DNA from: Lobosporangium transversale
Taxonomy: Eukaryota
Direction of reading: 5' to 3'
Length of the DNA: 64,000 nt
Assembly: GCF_002105155.1 (NCBI RefSeq)
Contig: NW_019028997.1
Location: 372,001 to 436,000 of the forward strand
The notes beneath the pieces were generated by a model. It had not been told where the DNA came from, ran no database searches, and saw nothing but the letters and a program-made list of their open reading frames with translations. A program made the position numbers and the translations under genes. This document shows, piece after piece, positions 1-13,241 of the stretch (positions are counted from its first letter, which is position 1; each line of letters opens with the position of its first letter).

Positions 1-1476
1 ATGCTGGTGTCTTGGCTGCTCGACCTCGTTTTTTCATTGAACCTGCTGTAGCTGGTTTGGACGACGATGATGACGTCGGCAAAGGAGACGCATCGCCATG
101 TTTGGTAATTGGAATTGGAATAATAACGATCGCCCTTCCTCTATCCTTTTTGATCCGCTTGATGATTACAGGTCGTTTCGGTAGATCAACATTGGTTTCT
201 GCCTCCTCAATTTCATTGTCAGCTGGCACGAGACGTACTTTTCTTTGTTGATCCGACTTTCTTCTAATTTTCCGTTTTGAGCTCATTGCTTCTGCGTCTG
301 CGGTAGATACTGAATCGGGTGTAACAGTAGGTGGTGAGGCTGATGTTGTTGAGGTTGCATTCGTATTTGTGTTTGGGTCCGTACTTGTAGTTGTGACAGA
401 TGATTTCCCCCGGCCATTGGCAGTTTTTTTTCGCTTTAATGATAGTGAGGATATACTCTTATAGTCTGCTGGGATCTTTGCTGGATATTTTTCTATACAG
501 TCGTCGCAGTAAAAATCATCTAAGGAGCAATGAAAGATGTTTTGATCATAATGTTATATAAATATGTAAGAGAAAAAAAGAGACTTATAGTTAATATCGG
601 TTTGTAAGTGCAATGCAGACGCGCATAATCTCGATTGAAGATGGTGTGTCGTATTTACGTGGGGGTACACTTGACAACGGGGTGCTTAGACAATAGCAGT
701 GCCAACCTCGATCGCAATTCTCGCACATCATCATTTTATCCTATGCATGATGTAGATCCAAGTGGTCAGAGAGGGGAAAAAAAAAAAAAGAGAAACAAGA
801 CACAAAATGATCTACCAAGGAGATATTGTAATTGGGATATTAAGATGTCCTGACAATTACAAGTTTACCTCGTTGTTTGAGGATTGACACTTTTGGCATG
901 TTTTGCAATGAACACACTGCCATGGGAATTCTTCCTGCAGTGCAAGCTGTGGTTTAAGCTTAATACATGTTGGATGCCCTATTAATTTTACGAGTACAAA
1001 AAAAAAAAAGGGAATGCAAGGATCGAAAATGAAAGGATGAAAGAATTAAAGGATACGAGATAGAAAGCAAGAGAGTAAAGGTCAGGGGTTTAAAAAGGTT
1101 TCTTAATTAGCCCACATGTGTGCAACATTACTAAAATAGCAGTCTACTATAGTTAGAAACTCGCGTCCAATAATAATAATAATAAAAGTAAACCTACAGC
1201 TTTTATGACAGTCCACACAGGTGATGAGATCTTCATAGACATCAGGCGAACCATCCTTCTCAGGGCCAAAGAGACATTTAGCACATCCAGTGCCCATGGG
1301 TTTAGGTGGTCCCACTGCAGCTGTCTATAATTGGCGCGTTTTTTTTTTTAATGTTTTGCATTTGTATGTTTCCTATTTAGACTCACTCATTGAAGCTAAT
1401 GGCACTCCATGATACCAAACAATAGAAATAAAAAAATGAGGGTAAATACCTTTCGCTTTGGCCGGTTTGAAGGCAT
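1..1476 (-). CDS. Double PHD finger chromatin protein, multi-exon, 3' end outside window (possibly the N-terminus of a MYST/KAT6-Sas3 acetyltransferase)
   Basis: Spliced exons read MPSNRPKRK | TAAVGPPKPMGTGCAKC..LITCVDCHKS | HPTCIKL..WQCVHCKTCQKC | DKMMMCENCDRGWHCYCLSTPLSSVPP | DFYCDDC, a tandem PHD Cys/His pattern. GT-AG introns; frame open to position 1. Confidence 0.8.
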
Positions 1477-1831
1477 CTGATCCTATGTATTAATGGCTCG
1501 ATTGGCTGAGGATGGATTAGGCCCAGATTCAGAGCGAATGGGGCTTCCCCTGAGATTAATGAACGTACGATTACTAAACGATGAGGGCTCCATGTAGGTT
1601 TAGTATTAAGCTCATCTCTTGCTTCGGAGTAGTCACATGATCTGATTGACAAGCCACTTCAGATCATTCGCCTCCACATTTTTTATGCAGCTCTGTAACC
1701 TGGGCGCAGCATGATGCAATACTTGTTGGGAAATTTAAAATACATATTAATTACTAAAATCAAGGCATTAAAGGTTTATTCAAGAGAAGAAAAATAGATA
1801 GGAAAAAAGAGATGTAGGGATATGCGAGATT

Positions 1832-3115
1832 TTAACCTTGCTTCACAAACTGCACCCGCTTTTGCATTGGACAGGGAGGATCATAGATTTCGTTTAGAAT
1901 GGCGGCCATACGAATACCGCTCATGGTGATTAGTTTCTGGACCAAGTACCCATTCTTCTGGCCAGTGGCATTTTCAAAGTAGTCTGCGGAGTAGTCCTTG
2001 AGGGGGTCATAGTCCTTCCAAGCGAATGAGCACGCGAGAGCATTCATGGACGTCGCCCATTCTACAGGGCAAAGGGTTTTGATGTCCTTGGTGGTGTCAT
2101 ACCAAGGGTTATCAACCTTGAATATTGCTGGATCGCAAAAAGTCCAGTTACTGGCCTCTGGTTGCCAAATGTTACTAGTCATCTCGAGCATATCGTCCAA
2201 ATAACTCTTTGGGTTGTTGTCATATCTGTCCTGGATATCTTTCTATTTTTTTTGTTTTCATGAAAATATGATTATTTTTTTTTCGTTCTTTTAGTACATT
2301 CCTATTGCTTATACAATTTACACATGATCTCATCCGACAATAGCATACCATGATCATTTGACTATCCCAGATCCTGTGTAAATTGCTTTTGGCCCGTCTC
2401 CACTTTGTAGGTGCGTCGTTGCCTCCACGTAGTTTGCCTGAGGTGTGCAATGGCTGATGCAGGTCACCCATAAAATGCACAAAAAACCTCAAAGCGTCCT
2501 CTCTAATGCTTTTATCCTCCGGAGTAGTGGGCCCGGTGACTTTATAATGCTTGAGTGTCGCTGTCATGTTGAAAAGCCCATTGATAACGTCTTTGCCGGA
2601 GAAATTGTACTCCATATGGCATGTTTCAGGGGGGTCGTCGCCCGGTGTATTGACGTAGTGCAAGATAGATGCCCATCTTGGAGTACATACAGAATATTTC
2701 AGGGGATTCAAATTAATATAGAGAGGTTATTCAGTTTGAAGGAACAATCAAGTTTGTAGGACAAAGAACACAATGATATCCGCAGCTTGAAAATACCTGT
2801 ATTTCGCCTGACCTTTAATCGTATCAGGCCATGGTGCCGCCTTGGACAAAAGTCCATCGTAGTATGGCGATAAGATCTCTTTGACCTGCCTTTCAGTTTC
2901 CTTAGTCAAGAATCGCTGTGCTACTTGACCCGTGAGAGTGTGGCCTATCAAAAGAGAAACAATACACTGCTAAGGCAAAGGACCAATTCAATCTATCTTA
3001 AGCAGAAGAAAATGTGCGAGAAGACAGCCATACCAAGGATACCATACGCATGGGCGTTGTTTATAGTAGCCAGGCACACAGCAGTGGCAGCGACCAAAGA
3101 AGCTGCGAAACGCAT
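1832..3115 (-). CDS. Secreted S1/P1 nuclease (phospholipase C/P1 fold), multi-exon
   Basis: Signal peptide MRFAASLVAATAVCLATINNAHA, then YGILGHTLTG, APWPD, LHYVN, FFVHFMGDLHQPLH, GGN and NLHRIWDS family motifs. Confidence 0.92.
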
Positions 3116-3480
3116 CACTGTAAAGGGGGAAAGAACGAAAAAAAAAAAATAAAAAATAAAAAAAAACTTTTTAAAGAGGATATAAGCTGCTTCGTTTGAA
3201 GAACAGAATGAAATAGAAATGGATGATGCAAAGCAATGGAGAGTCGAATGAATGTTTTTTGGAGATGAACAGAGGTCAAGTATATTTATACATTCGATGC
3301 ATGACCAATATTAGATTATTAGATTCTGAGAGCTGTGCGAATCACAATGGAAGCTAGACCTATTCACAATTTGACAAGAAGGTCTCGCAGAGATCTGTAA
3401 CTGCATCCCCCTATTACTACTATCTATGCCGCCAATAACCCACTCAAGCCTATTCTTCGGCTTCAAAGGCCCTCTGTGGC

Positions 3481-4259
3481 CTATGTACTTCTTTGTTGGT
3501 CTTGATTCCATTTCTCCCAGTCAAATTCCGGAAAAAAAAATTGTATTTCATTCTTGGCAGTCTCAGCTGCGTCTAAGATAGAAGAGCGTGAGTGAGATAT
3601 GAATGGCGCACAGACTTGATGAAATTGGACCATTGGCATAAAGAGACGACAATTAGGACGTATAAACAATACCTGAACCATGGAATGAATTGCGAGTATC
3701 AGTCATGCCATAAAGAGAACGTAAAGTGTCTGGAGCATTGATTCGAGCACTAGGTGTAGGGGGTAAAAAGTAGTCATGTGATTCAGTAAAACTACAGAAC
3801 CATAAAAGCGTAAAAGCGTAAAAGTACCTACAAAGGAGCCTTATTTTTCACCAGGTTTACCGCGGTGGATGGGTGGGTCCGATAAGAGCACGCCAGTCTG
3901 TTATAGCATTCGGCTTTTCGAGGATCAGGGCATAAAAATGCCCACTAGAAGAAACCACCCAGAACCTTTTCGTCAGTATAGCGATCTAGCATACTCGTGT
4001 GCGAGATTAAGATCAAAGATCGGAGGAAGCCCTATTACCTAGTCATGTAGCCACATAGCCTCTCAAAAAAAAATTTGCCCCGGTGTTCTCCATAAAAAGC
4101 TTCCGCCTGACTCTTTGACCATAGCAAATGTTTATGTGCCAGAACTTTGAATTCATTCTGTTGAATGTGTGCAAACACTTTGCCGACATGAGCACTATTG
4201 GCTGCCAGATCTGGTTTGAGTAATGCCAAAGTGAGTTGGGTCAAAGGACGGGATGGCAT
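3481..4259 (-). CDS. NME6: Nucleoside diphosphate kinase, NME6-like, 4 exons
   Basis: TLALLKPD, FYGEHRGKFFFERLCGYMTSG, WRALIGPT, LRSLYGMTDTRNSFHGSD (catalytic His), AKNEIQFFFPEF. Confidence 0.88.
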
Positions 4260-4307
4260 GGCAATAACGGGCTGAATGAGTTGTAACGTCAAGATCAACA
4301 ATTTCTT

Positions 4308-4340
<33 letters not shown>

Positions 4341-4489
4341 GTATGTATACTGCAAGTGTTCCAAGATTGAAATCATGTAACAACGGCCACGCGATTTTGA
4401 TATGAAAGGCTTAGCACTGTAAACCAAATTTATGGAACAGATTAATCAACTTTACATTCCATTCAAAATGTGCATTGTCTCCAAAAAAA

Positions 4490-5318
4490 ATGTCATCGGC
4501 CATGGACCAGGGAAAAGTGAGGAGAGCAGTATCCCCAGCTTTATCAGAATTACTGGATCTTTTGAATACTGCAGCCTATTCTGGTTCAGAAGACCCTTCC
4601 ACAGTGGATGGTTTGGTGGCGTTCCAAAAGAAAACACCACTCACAGCTCCTGATTTGACCGTTGCGTTTCAACAATGCTTCCAGAGTATGCGCATTTATT
4701 GCATTTGCGCCCAATATGTGCTCTCCCAATAATGAATCAGCATCAGCAAAGTTGGTTGTCTAACTCTTGTCCTTCTTGCAGATCTCTACCCATCAACTTT
4801 GGCGGTAAAGGTGTTAATCGTTAACTGGTTATCCAATCTTCTTAAAAAACCTTCTCCTGAGAAGCATGCACCGAGCGCAGTGATTATAGAGCTATCAAAG
4901 GCATGTAGTCGGAAATGTACTCACAGTCCTGATCTGAATAGGTACTGGTAATTCTTTGTTAAACTGGAGTTACCTTTATATATATATTAGGTGTTTGCCC
5001 AGCTCAATCTCAGTCGCTCAGAAACAGAGGAATGGATGCTGGTATGAAGACAAGGCCGATCACGATCACTACACCTATACTAATGACTTGAGATCATTTG
5101 AAGGCGCCTTATCACATCTAATAATATACTCTTATGCTTTTCAGCTTCTCATCAGTCTCTGTGATCTTACGGATACATGTCTCAACATTGTTCGTGAGCT
5201 TCCCGAGGCGACATTAGTTGAGTTCCTGTCAAGCCCTGGAAGTATATCTCTTGCAGCGATTATCCTTGATACCGGAAAGCGAGTGTTCAGAGTAAATCAT
5301 TCTTTTTCTTTTTCTTTA

Positions 5319-5354
<36 letters not shown>

Positions 5355-8300
5355 TCAAATGAGGAAATCTGATCAAAACGGCAAGGGAAGACATGATTAA
5401 CATGGCATTATAGCATGTCGATAGAACTCAAATTAAAAGAGAAAGATCTGAAGGCTACACCCAGTGGAATCAACGGGCCTTAAACCTAACCAAAAACTTC
5501 TTGGAATTCATCGGTGATCAAGTACAGCAAAATGTCATACTTCGGAGTCACGCAAGCGACATGACCATCGCAGGTACATATGCGGAGCAAATTGATGGCT
5601 AGTAACAATAGCACGGAGTATTCAGTAAAGTAGAGGAGGTTAGAGAATAACGCGAGCATCCAGTCTGTAACATGCTTCTTAGCTATGCTGAGGAAGCTCG
5701 TTCAGAATACGCATATCTTAGTACCACTTTCAAGGCTATTTGTGCTTTAATCCCAAATTGTGGCAAGGACAGAAGAATTCGCCTTGAGGTGAGCGACCCC
5801 TTATACTATCAGTAAGCGAGCATGCTCTGTTTGAGTGATTACTAATATTTGTTTATTTTGATTGTTTATTTATACTTTTTCCGGAGGAATTTGTAGACCG
5901 AAAATGCAGTCAAATTACTTTGCAATGGGATCCTCGGGTCATGCTTTGACATTTTGAGTCAATGCGTCACCGGTTTAGAAGTGACACCCACTTTTCTCAA
6001 GAGGCGTTGGACTTTGGCAAGGTTCTACTACGTCCATCTCAAAAACGTTTCGAGATGTTTGTTCATCGACATATGTGGCTCTTCGGATGGTGCGAGGTCA
6101 TGCAGGGGCCATTTACGATACCTTTTATTTTTCATGAGAAGGTAAGACAAAGCTAGTGTCAACTATACTGCTATCGAGTGGGTTTGTTATATTGTATATG
6201 CATCCGATCAGGTTTTTAAACTGTGGAGAATCTCATTGTGAACAGTCGATTCATATCTAGCGAAGTGATAAACAAGTCCTATCCAGAAGTCCAGTCGGAA
6301 ATCGTAAACTTTGTAAACAGTGTTGAAGATTTGGTGGTGTCCGCCCTATTTGCATCAGACAGAATTAAGAGCGGCGATAAAAGTGCACTGATATATGAGT
6401 TTTCTTCGGCATCTGGTCCTCGCAATGTCCTCCCCCTTACACAGCCTCTGACGGATTACGAGTGGGGCCAAGGCCAACTAAAATTTTTGTTGAAGTTGGT
6501 TTCAATCTTTGAAGAGTTTCCCTTAGACCTACAATTGCAGCTTTACCCTATTGAAAATGTCCCAACTCAGGAATCATTACTAGACAGAGTGGTTCGTCAA
6601 GCGGACGCTATCGTGCTACGTGAGTTTGGGCCGCCTATATCAGACAGTGATCTCTACTTTCGGATTCTATCTGAATTGGTCACATTTGCATACCTTGTAC
6701 AGCCTAGACAGTTTGTAAAACTGCAAATCGATATGATTGGCCTTGTAATAGGCCATTCCGATTTATGGTCGTTGGTTGCGAGGGACTGGTGGTGTTGTAT
6801 CGCAGATAGATTCGGCCAATGCTTTACAATGAATCAAGTTCGGGTTTTAACTGAACTGGTATGGATATCACTGATTGGAATGATGTTACTGAATGACAGC
6901 CCCATGGATTCATTATCCTAACCACATCCCCTACCCTCTGCCCCCCTCTTTTAATTTCCTTGCCTTTAAACATAGCTTATAACCCTTCCCCTCGGGAGAG
7001 CAAGTGAGAAAATTGGAGCTATGCTTAGTTCCTTACTTCCTTTACTAAATGAACAATCTCAGGTATGTAGTTCTATAATGCCTTCCTTAATTTACTTCCC
7101 ACATGTGCCTGACCAGAGTAGAGACGGTTGACTCTATTTCCCCATCTAGTTGGCCATCACAGAAAATTTGTTGTCTATTTTAGAAGGCAGGCCTGATATA
7201 AGTATGCATACCCTCTTATCTTCATTCCCATTTGGAAGCCTGCATTGTTCGGTAAGTAATATGTTATGTTAGACTACCATTCATTATCTTGCTTACTCCA
7301 TGTTAAACCTGTTACTTGCTCTTAATTACTATTACTATTGTCGTCGCATTCGAAATAGAGCTTGGACACTCTGGTCAATCGATGTGTTGATGAATGGAGA
7401 GCTGTCTGTGATTTGCTAGTGGATGAGCGGCTCGTTCTGGATGCCTTTTACACTATGGTAACTTTTTTTTTTTATTTCCTTTTTTTCAGACGATTTACGC
7501 TTGATCCTGCATTGGCCTTGGACATTAAAAGGTTTATTTTTCATGCTTTCACGTATAAACAGCATCAATATGTGGCATGTTTGGCTTCAATCATGAGCTG
7601 TGTCAAACATCGTAATTCCTTGGCTGAGAGTACTCGGCACGACCTGTTGAGTTGGAGTTTGGAGATTATAGGAGGAGCCCAAGGATTGATTCAGCACGTT
7701 CAAGAACACGAAAGATCGAAGGTGGGAATTAGTTGTCATACTCTTTTTTGTAGCCTAATGCTGCTCGATAGTCTTAACAGTTATTTTGCATAATCGATGT
7801 CATGATAATAGCCATTTCGCACGATTGAAGACATTTTTTCATTCCTGAGGTCCATACAACCACTTGACCCTGCCGTACTGATCCAAGTAAGCGAGTAACA
7901 AGATGATCAAGATATTCGTTCTTATTTGTTGACGTTTCTTGCTAATATATATATTTACCAGGTTCTAGAAACAATTATTTCATGGGAGGCATTGCCTTCT
8001 GACTTGCGACCACTGTCAAGAATATCTATCTCCATGTTCCTTCGATCGTGTTCTACTGTGAAGATAGAAGATGAAACTCATTTGGTATGCAAGTTTGAGA
8101 ACGTTATTCCCTATAGTGGCTATGAGAAGAGTATATTGACTTCTAGTGTGTTTTACTAACGAAAATGTGCCAACATAGACTCATGCTAAATCTTATATGC
8201 AACAGCTCTATACATCTCTCCTACAGGATACTGAGTGGACAGTTATCCACGAGAGTGTTATGAGTTTGGTATGTTGAATCCAATAATAATGAATATTTGA

Positions 8301-8799
8301 GCATCGGGTGCCAGGAAATAATTCATCAAAATTTGACTTATTCCTGTTCTTTCATACCTGCTTATGGAATATATAGATTGAGTTCTGTGTAGATGGCGCG
8401 CCTGTGTTGCTCGTAGAATCACTCCTCCAGGAATGCATCCCAGAGGCATTTCGCGATATAATTTTAAGGCTGGTAGAAGAGGAGAGGAAAGGCTACAATT
8501 TCGTGTCAATGCCTGAAGACTTTCAAACTTTCTGGACTACGATGGGAGCGCGAACGAAGTTGGTACAGTCGCAACGTTTTTGCACCAGCACGGTGTCTGA
8601 TTTACAGGCTGTAACTGGTGCCCGTCCATCCTCTTATGCGTGCATGTCCGCGGTAAAGACAGTGGCGCAATACCTGGAAGTGGTCAATACAAATGATGAG
8701 GATAATGAATTCAAGGAGAGGCTGTGGAGAGAGCTTGAAAGGATTCAGAAACTGGCCATGCTCCACAAGCATGCATCTGTACGATTCTATATACCGTAG
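4490..8799 (+). CDS. Large multi-exon helical protein, probable FIRRM/C1orf112 (DUF4487)-like
   Basis: Many co-oriented exons with splice sites (e.g. 5954-6141, 6223-6859, 8404-8799). Leu-rich helical content; LARFY, WSLVARDWWC and LLQDTEWTVIHE recall FIRRM from memory. The gene is clear; the family call is tentative. Confidence 0.5.
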
Positions 8800-9399
8800 A
8801 ATATGTATGATACAGCCGAGTACATAATACATTATTGAAATAATTTTCTAGCACATACCTTGCTTATTAAGCACCAGATTATTTCCAATGGATCTTATTA
8901 TGAGGAGCAAGAGCATTCTTTCTTCTCTTCCATTGTTACCTTGAGAGACATGAGTAATAATAAAGTAGTGAGAAACAGATTAGTCTTCAATAATGAGCTA
9001 CGGGACGCATCTAGTCACGAATTTTTTCAGAAAAAAAAAATAGGATGCGGGGGAGATGTTACAATGCCCCAGTAATGGACTGTAGGCAAAAAATAGCTTT
9101 GTTATCTCCTTCATTTGCCACTTCTCTTTAACAAGACAGAGAGCTTTTGTTGATACGACTTCTCCTTCTTATGATAAAAGAAAAAAAAGACGGACCATTT
9201 TCCTATGGAGAGAGCAACTTGGAACAAAAATCTCGAAGTTTGATTGGCTTAACCTTATTTCTAGAATGACATCATCATATTTATTAAGGATGTGGGACTA
9301 AAAATGGCTATTTAATCAAAGCCCAGTTTTCTGGAATGCGTCTATGGGATTCATGTCTTCTCACTTGCTGTTCTGCAACATGGCCAGACATATTTTTTC

Positions 9400-9739
9400 G
9401 GTATATGTCCATGTAGCGGAAGGACTTTCTTGCGTATTTTCAAATGCATATAATGTGCACTGAGTTCAAAGCCTCTGGTACGGCCTCTTGTAGTCCTATG
9501 AATGTGTAATCACAATTTGCTCTGGTGCAGCGCTTGCTTGCTCTCCAGAACATCTCAATGAAGTTCAATTCGCAGTGGAATTGTGGGTAGAAAATAACTT
9601 GCTGCCTGTGCCTTCCTGCAATTTCCTCTAAGGGTGATTGTTGGGCCATAAAGTCCGGTTGCAACTTTAAAATACGCGTAGCACAGCATAATTCCTTGTC
9701 ACCAGAATAATCACGCGCCTTGCAATTCGCACATATCAT
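9400..9739 (-). mobile_element. IS630/Tc1-mariner-like (DDE_3) transposase C-terminal remnant
   Basis: QPDF..Q.S.LEE and FYPQFHCELNFIEMFW..KR..R.NCDYT motif; truncated. Confidence 0.8.
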
Positions 9740-10077
9740 CCTCCTATTCGAATAAGGTATGCGTATGCTTTTAATGTTTTAATAAAAGATCTGGAGCCTA
9801 TTGAGGTTACTGCCTCCATTCCTTTGTGAAAATAGAGGCCTTCTGTTACCATTTACGGTTACAGATTACGTTTTCCTTTATGTTATCCTCACGAGGCAGG
9901 AGCCGACCATGGCGGACCTCAGTTTCCGGCTCGTTTAATTCAAGCAAAATTTTGGGAGTGGTTTCAGACGACACCCATGACAACCTTTGGGCCTCTCGTA
10001 TTGCTGAAAAAAAAAAAAAAAAAAAAAAAAAAACACGCACGCTTGCTCAACTTACTTCTCACCATACCTAAATTGAA

Positions 10078-10345
10078 TATGAAGTCGATGCCACTAAGCA
10101 AGGTCAATAATGTCAAAAGATTGATGTTGAATGGTATGTCCGATCGAGAAGCGGCTGCTAGCGATGGTATTTCCCAAAGAATGGCCGCTAGGATTTATGT
10201 AGAGGATAAGGAGGGCATGCCAGCCAGAAAGCGTGAACGACCACAGAAAGTACCTACAGAAACTACAGTATCTCAAGATCAACATGAAAACGAGATATGC
10301 TCAAGTCCGTCTGATGGTAGGCGTCCCTCAGTCAAGCTGAAATGA
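10078..10345 (+). mobile_element. Tc1-like transposase N-terminal HTH remnant
   Basis: MKSMPLSKVNNVKRLMLNGMSDREAAASDGISQRMAARI..RERPQK: paired-like HTH plus a degenerate GRP linker, then frameshift. Confidence 0.6.
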
Positions 10346-11559
10346 CCATTGAGGAGAGTAAGTGGAGAGATTTATTCCTGGATTTGTTTGATGCCGTGAT
10401 ATCACCTTTTCCATTTTACTATGTTTCAACTTTGGCTATAGATTATGATAGCTTTTGGGAGCCTCAGCTGTTTAATTGCAATAGCGCCCTTGAGAATGAT
10501 GTATATAGAAGATAATCGTTAACAAACATATGCGGGATTCATACATAAAATGGCTATTTATTATCATTGCTTCTCGCAATAGCGACGATACTTCTGGACT
10601 GAAAGCAGCACTCTATTCTAACCAGCGGTATTATTACCCGGCTAAGTTTGACCATGATTAAAAAAAATCGGTTTGGCGCACCACCATCCAAAAAATTTTA
10701 ACCGTTGGTTGTTTCTGATATTTAGCGAACCGGTTCTGGCCAGTGAACTGGTGAAAACCGATAAAGCCGGCAAATGCCAGTTAAAACTGATGATCGTGAT
10801 CAAATGAACCAGCTTACTCTCAAAAGTCGAATATAGCTCTTTACGAGCCCTATCTCCACCCGCAATTGTCATTCCCTGATCATACACAACTTCGTAAAGA
10901 TCAGCAGTTTCCTTGTCCATCTTACCCAGCTGTTTCTCTTTAGTGTGCTGCCGGCGTCGTGAAGGCAAAACCTCTTCGTCCTCTATCTCGCACCACTTCC
11001 TCCGACCGAGTGGAGCCCCAGCGGCACTTCTGGAGGATTCCGCCTGCACATCCCTCTTTTTCGCCTAATGTTGCTTTGCAAGAGGATCCAGAAAGATAAT
11101 ACCCAAGTCCTTTTGACTTCAAAAGCTGACGGCGAGTTATCTATGAAAACGCATCTTCCTCATGTCCACCACCCTTGTCATGACTACCATCACTGCTGGT
11201 GAACGAACAGTTAAGAGTGACATGGTTATTGCCCTCCTTCTGAACGAAGGAGGATTTAGAGGGAGAATTATGAGACATAGTGTTGGAAGACATGAGGTAT
11301 TATGGCAATAAGTATGTGCAGTGATCAGACAGTGTTGGAATACTAATGTTCAAAAACAAAAAGAAAATAGTGAAATAAGAAAGGGAGGAATGAGCACGAA
11401 ATGACAATCCATTTCTCCACTTCTGTTCACAATCATCCATCCATCATCTCCATTCTCATTCACCATTCGGCTTTCTCTTCAATGAATGATTGAGATTTCG
11501 CCATACATAAAACTAACTTGCATATCCCTCTTGACACCATGTTTGCGGATCAAAATATG

Positions 11560-12462
11560 CGTTTTGCTGCCACCAAAAAAGGGAAATGATAGAGGTGATA
11601 CACGCATTACAGTCAGTATCTTTATTCTTGATGATGAGCGATCAAGTATATGCCTTATCATTGGCATGGATTTCTTTCGTCGGTTTGGTTTTCAGCATTT
11701 CTGGTCCAATATACCTCCCAACCGATTATCTGAATCTGTACCTGATCAAAACCCTTTACTTAAGCCGCCGATTACTCTTGAAGAGGAAAAAACAGATGAA
11801 TATATCGCTTATAAGAATGACTTTATGTACTCTCTTATCCTTAAAGTCACATCCTAAAGATTAGTCAATCCCCTATATCAGAAATGAAATAACCTTTCAG
11901 TGCCTAAAGGAACCGTTGTACACTGTCGCCCACGTCTGTTTGCCTATCATCAACGCTCCAAACTTGACGAAACTGCTGGTCATAATAATTGTCTGACTTT
12001 GACAGCGAAAAAAAAAAAAAAAAAAAAAAAAGATCTACAGGGTAATAGGACATTACGCCGAGTCTGTCCTAATCCAAGGTCACTTAATGTCCATCTCCAT
12101 GATAATGATTTCCCGCTTCCTTTGATGAATGGTATCATGTTGAAGATAGTTGGTGATGTTATTTTCACCACCATTAGCCACCTTCAAACTTTTCATCGTC
12201 TACCAATCCATGAATATGATCGCTTTTTAACTGCATTTGTGCACAATGGAAGGGTATATGTTTAAAAAGGTATTCCGCCTCAAGCCTTTATCTAGTCTGT
12301 TTCAACGCGACATGTTACATACCCTGAGGTGACCTTCCTTTTGTAATTAATTATATTGATGACAGTGTGATTTTGCCCAAAGGCCGTGAAAACCATGCTG
12401 AACACGTAAAGAAGCTCTGCGACCCTTGACTGATGCTCGTTTAATCGTAAATGAGGATAACT
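11560..12462 (+). mobile_element. Ty3/Gypsy pol remnant (protease and reverse transcriptase), degenerate
   Basis: LIIGMDF (retropepsin C-terminal motif); RT motifs RVC.NPRSLN, FPLP, FHRLPIH..DR.LTAF and GDLPFVINYIDD (12352-12363); stops and frameshifts present. Confidence 0.85.
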
Positions 12463-13241
12463 AGCTAAGGGGTTAACTTTTATTCATTTTTCTTCATATT
12501 TGTCATTAAAATACCAGAGGTTTATTTATATACATATTTATTTTTTCCTTGAGGTTTTGTTTTATCCAAAAGGGGACTATGGCTGTATTATAAGCGACTC
12601 GGCTTTCAGCCTTTCCCTGGGAAAAGTTTGCGCCATAACTACCTAGTCCTTTATCTAAATAGCTAATTTACATTGATATTTAGGAATACCTTTTTCTATG
12701 ATGAAGATAAAGATCCTCATTCTTGTCTCGTTACATTTAAAGTCCATTACTAATTTATAGCAGGTTTGGTTCTAGTTACCACTGTAGAGGTCAACTTCTA
12801 ATCTGGTTCCCACTATATCCTTCGGTTTGCCCCGAGTAGTCGTATTTATCATGAAACGTGCTCTTGACTGAAAAAAAAGCATAGTAGCATAATTCAAAGG
12901 TTCAAGCGACACGACTGTGTCCCTGTTTTTGAAAAGTATCAGATGTGTACAGTCACAAATATTTAATATTTACGTAATAAGAAACGGATGGTGGCAAAAT
13001 CGTGTAACGGTTGGATTGACAGTGGCTGAAATGAAATATCAGTATAAAAGGAGCAGATCTGTTGGCATGGCCCTTTTCACTCTCTCTACATTAGTTCTCT
13101 CTACACTACCATACTCACTTTTAGTTCCCACCACCTAGAGTTCTTTTTTTCTTCCTTCCTTTGAAGGCCATACGACTGAATTTGATCCTTCCTTTCTCCT
13201 TCCTCACCAGTTCATTCACTTTTTGCCTGTGAACTACACTA

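Noticed and set aside
10642..11122. Minus-strand ORFs of 135 and 60 aa
   Set aside because: Probably decayed fragments; no motif I can assign.
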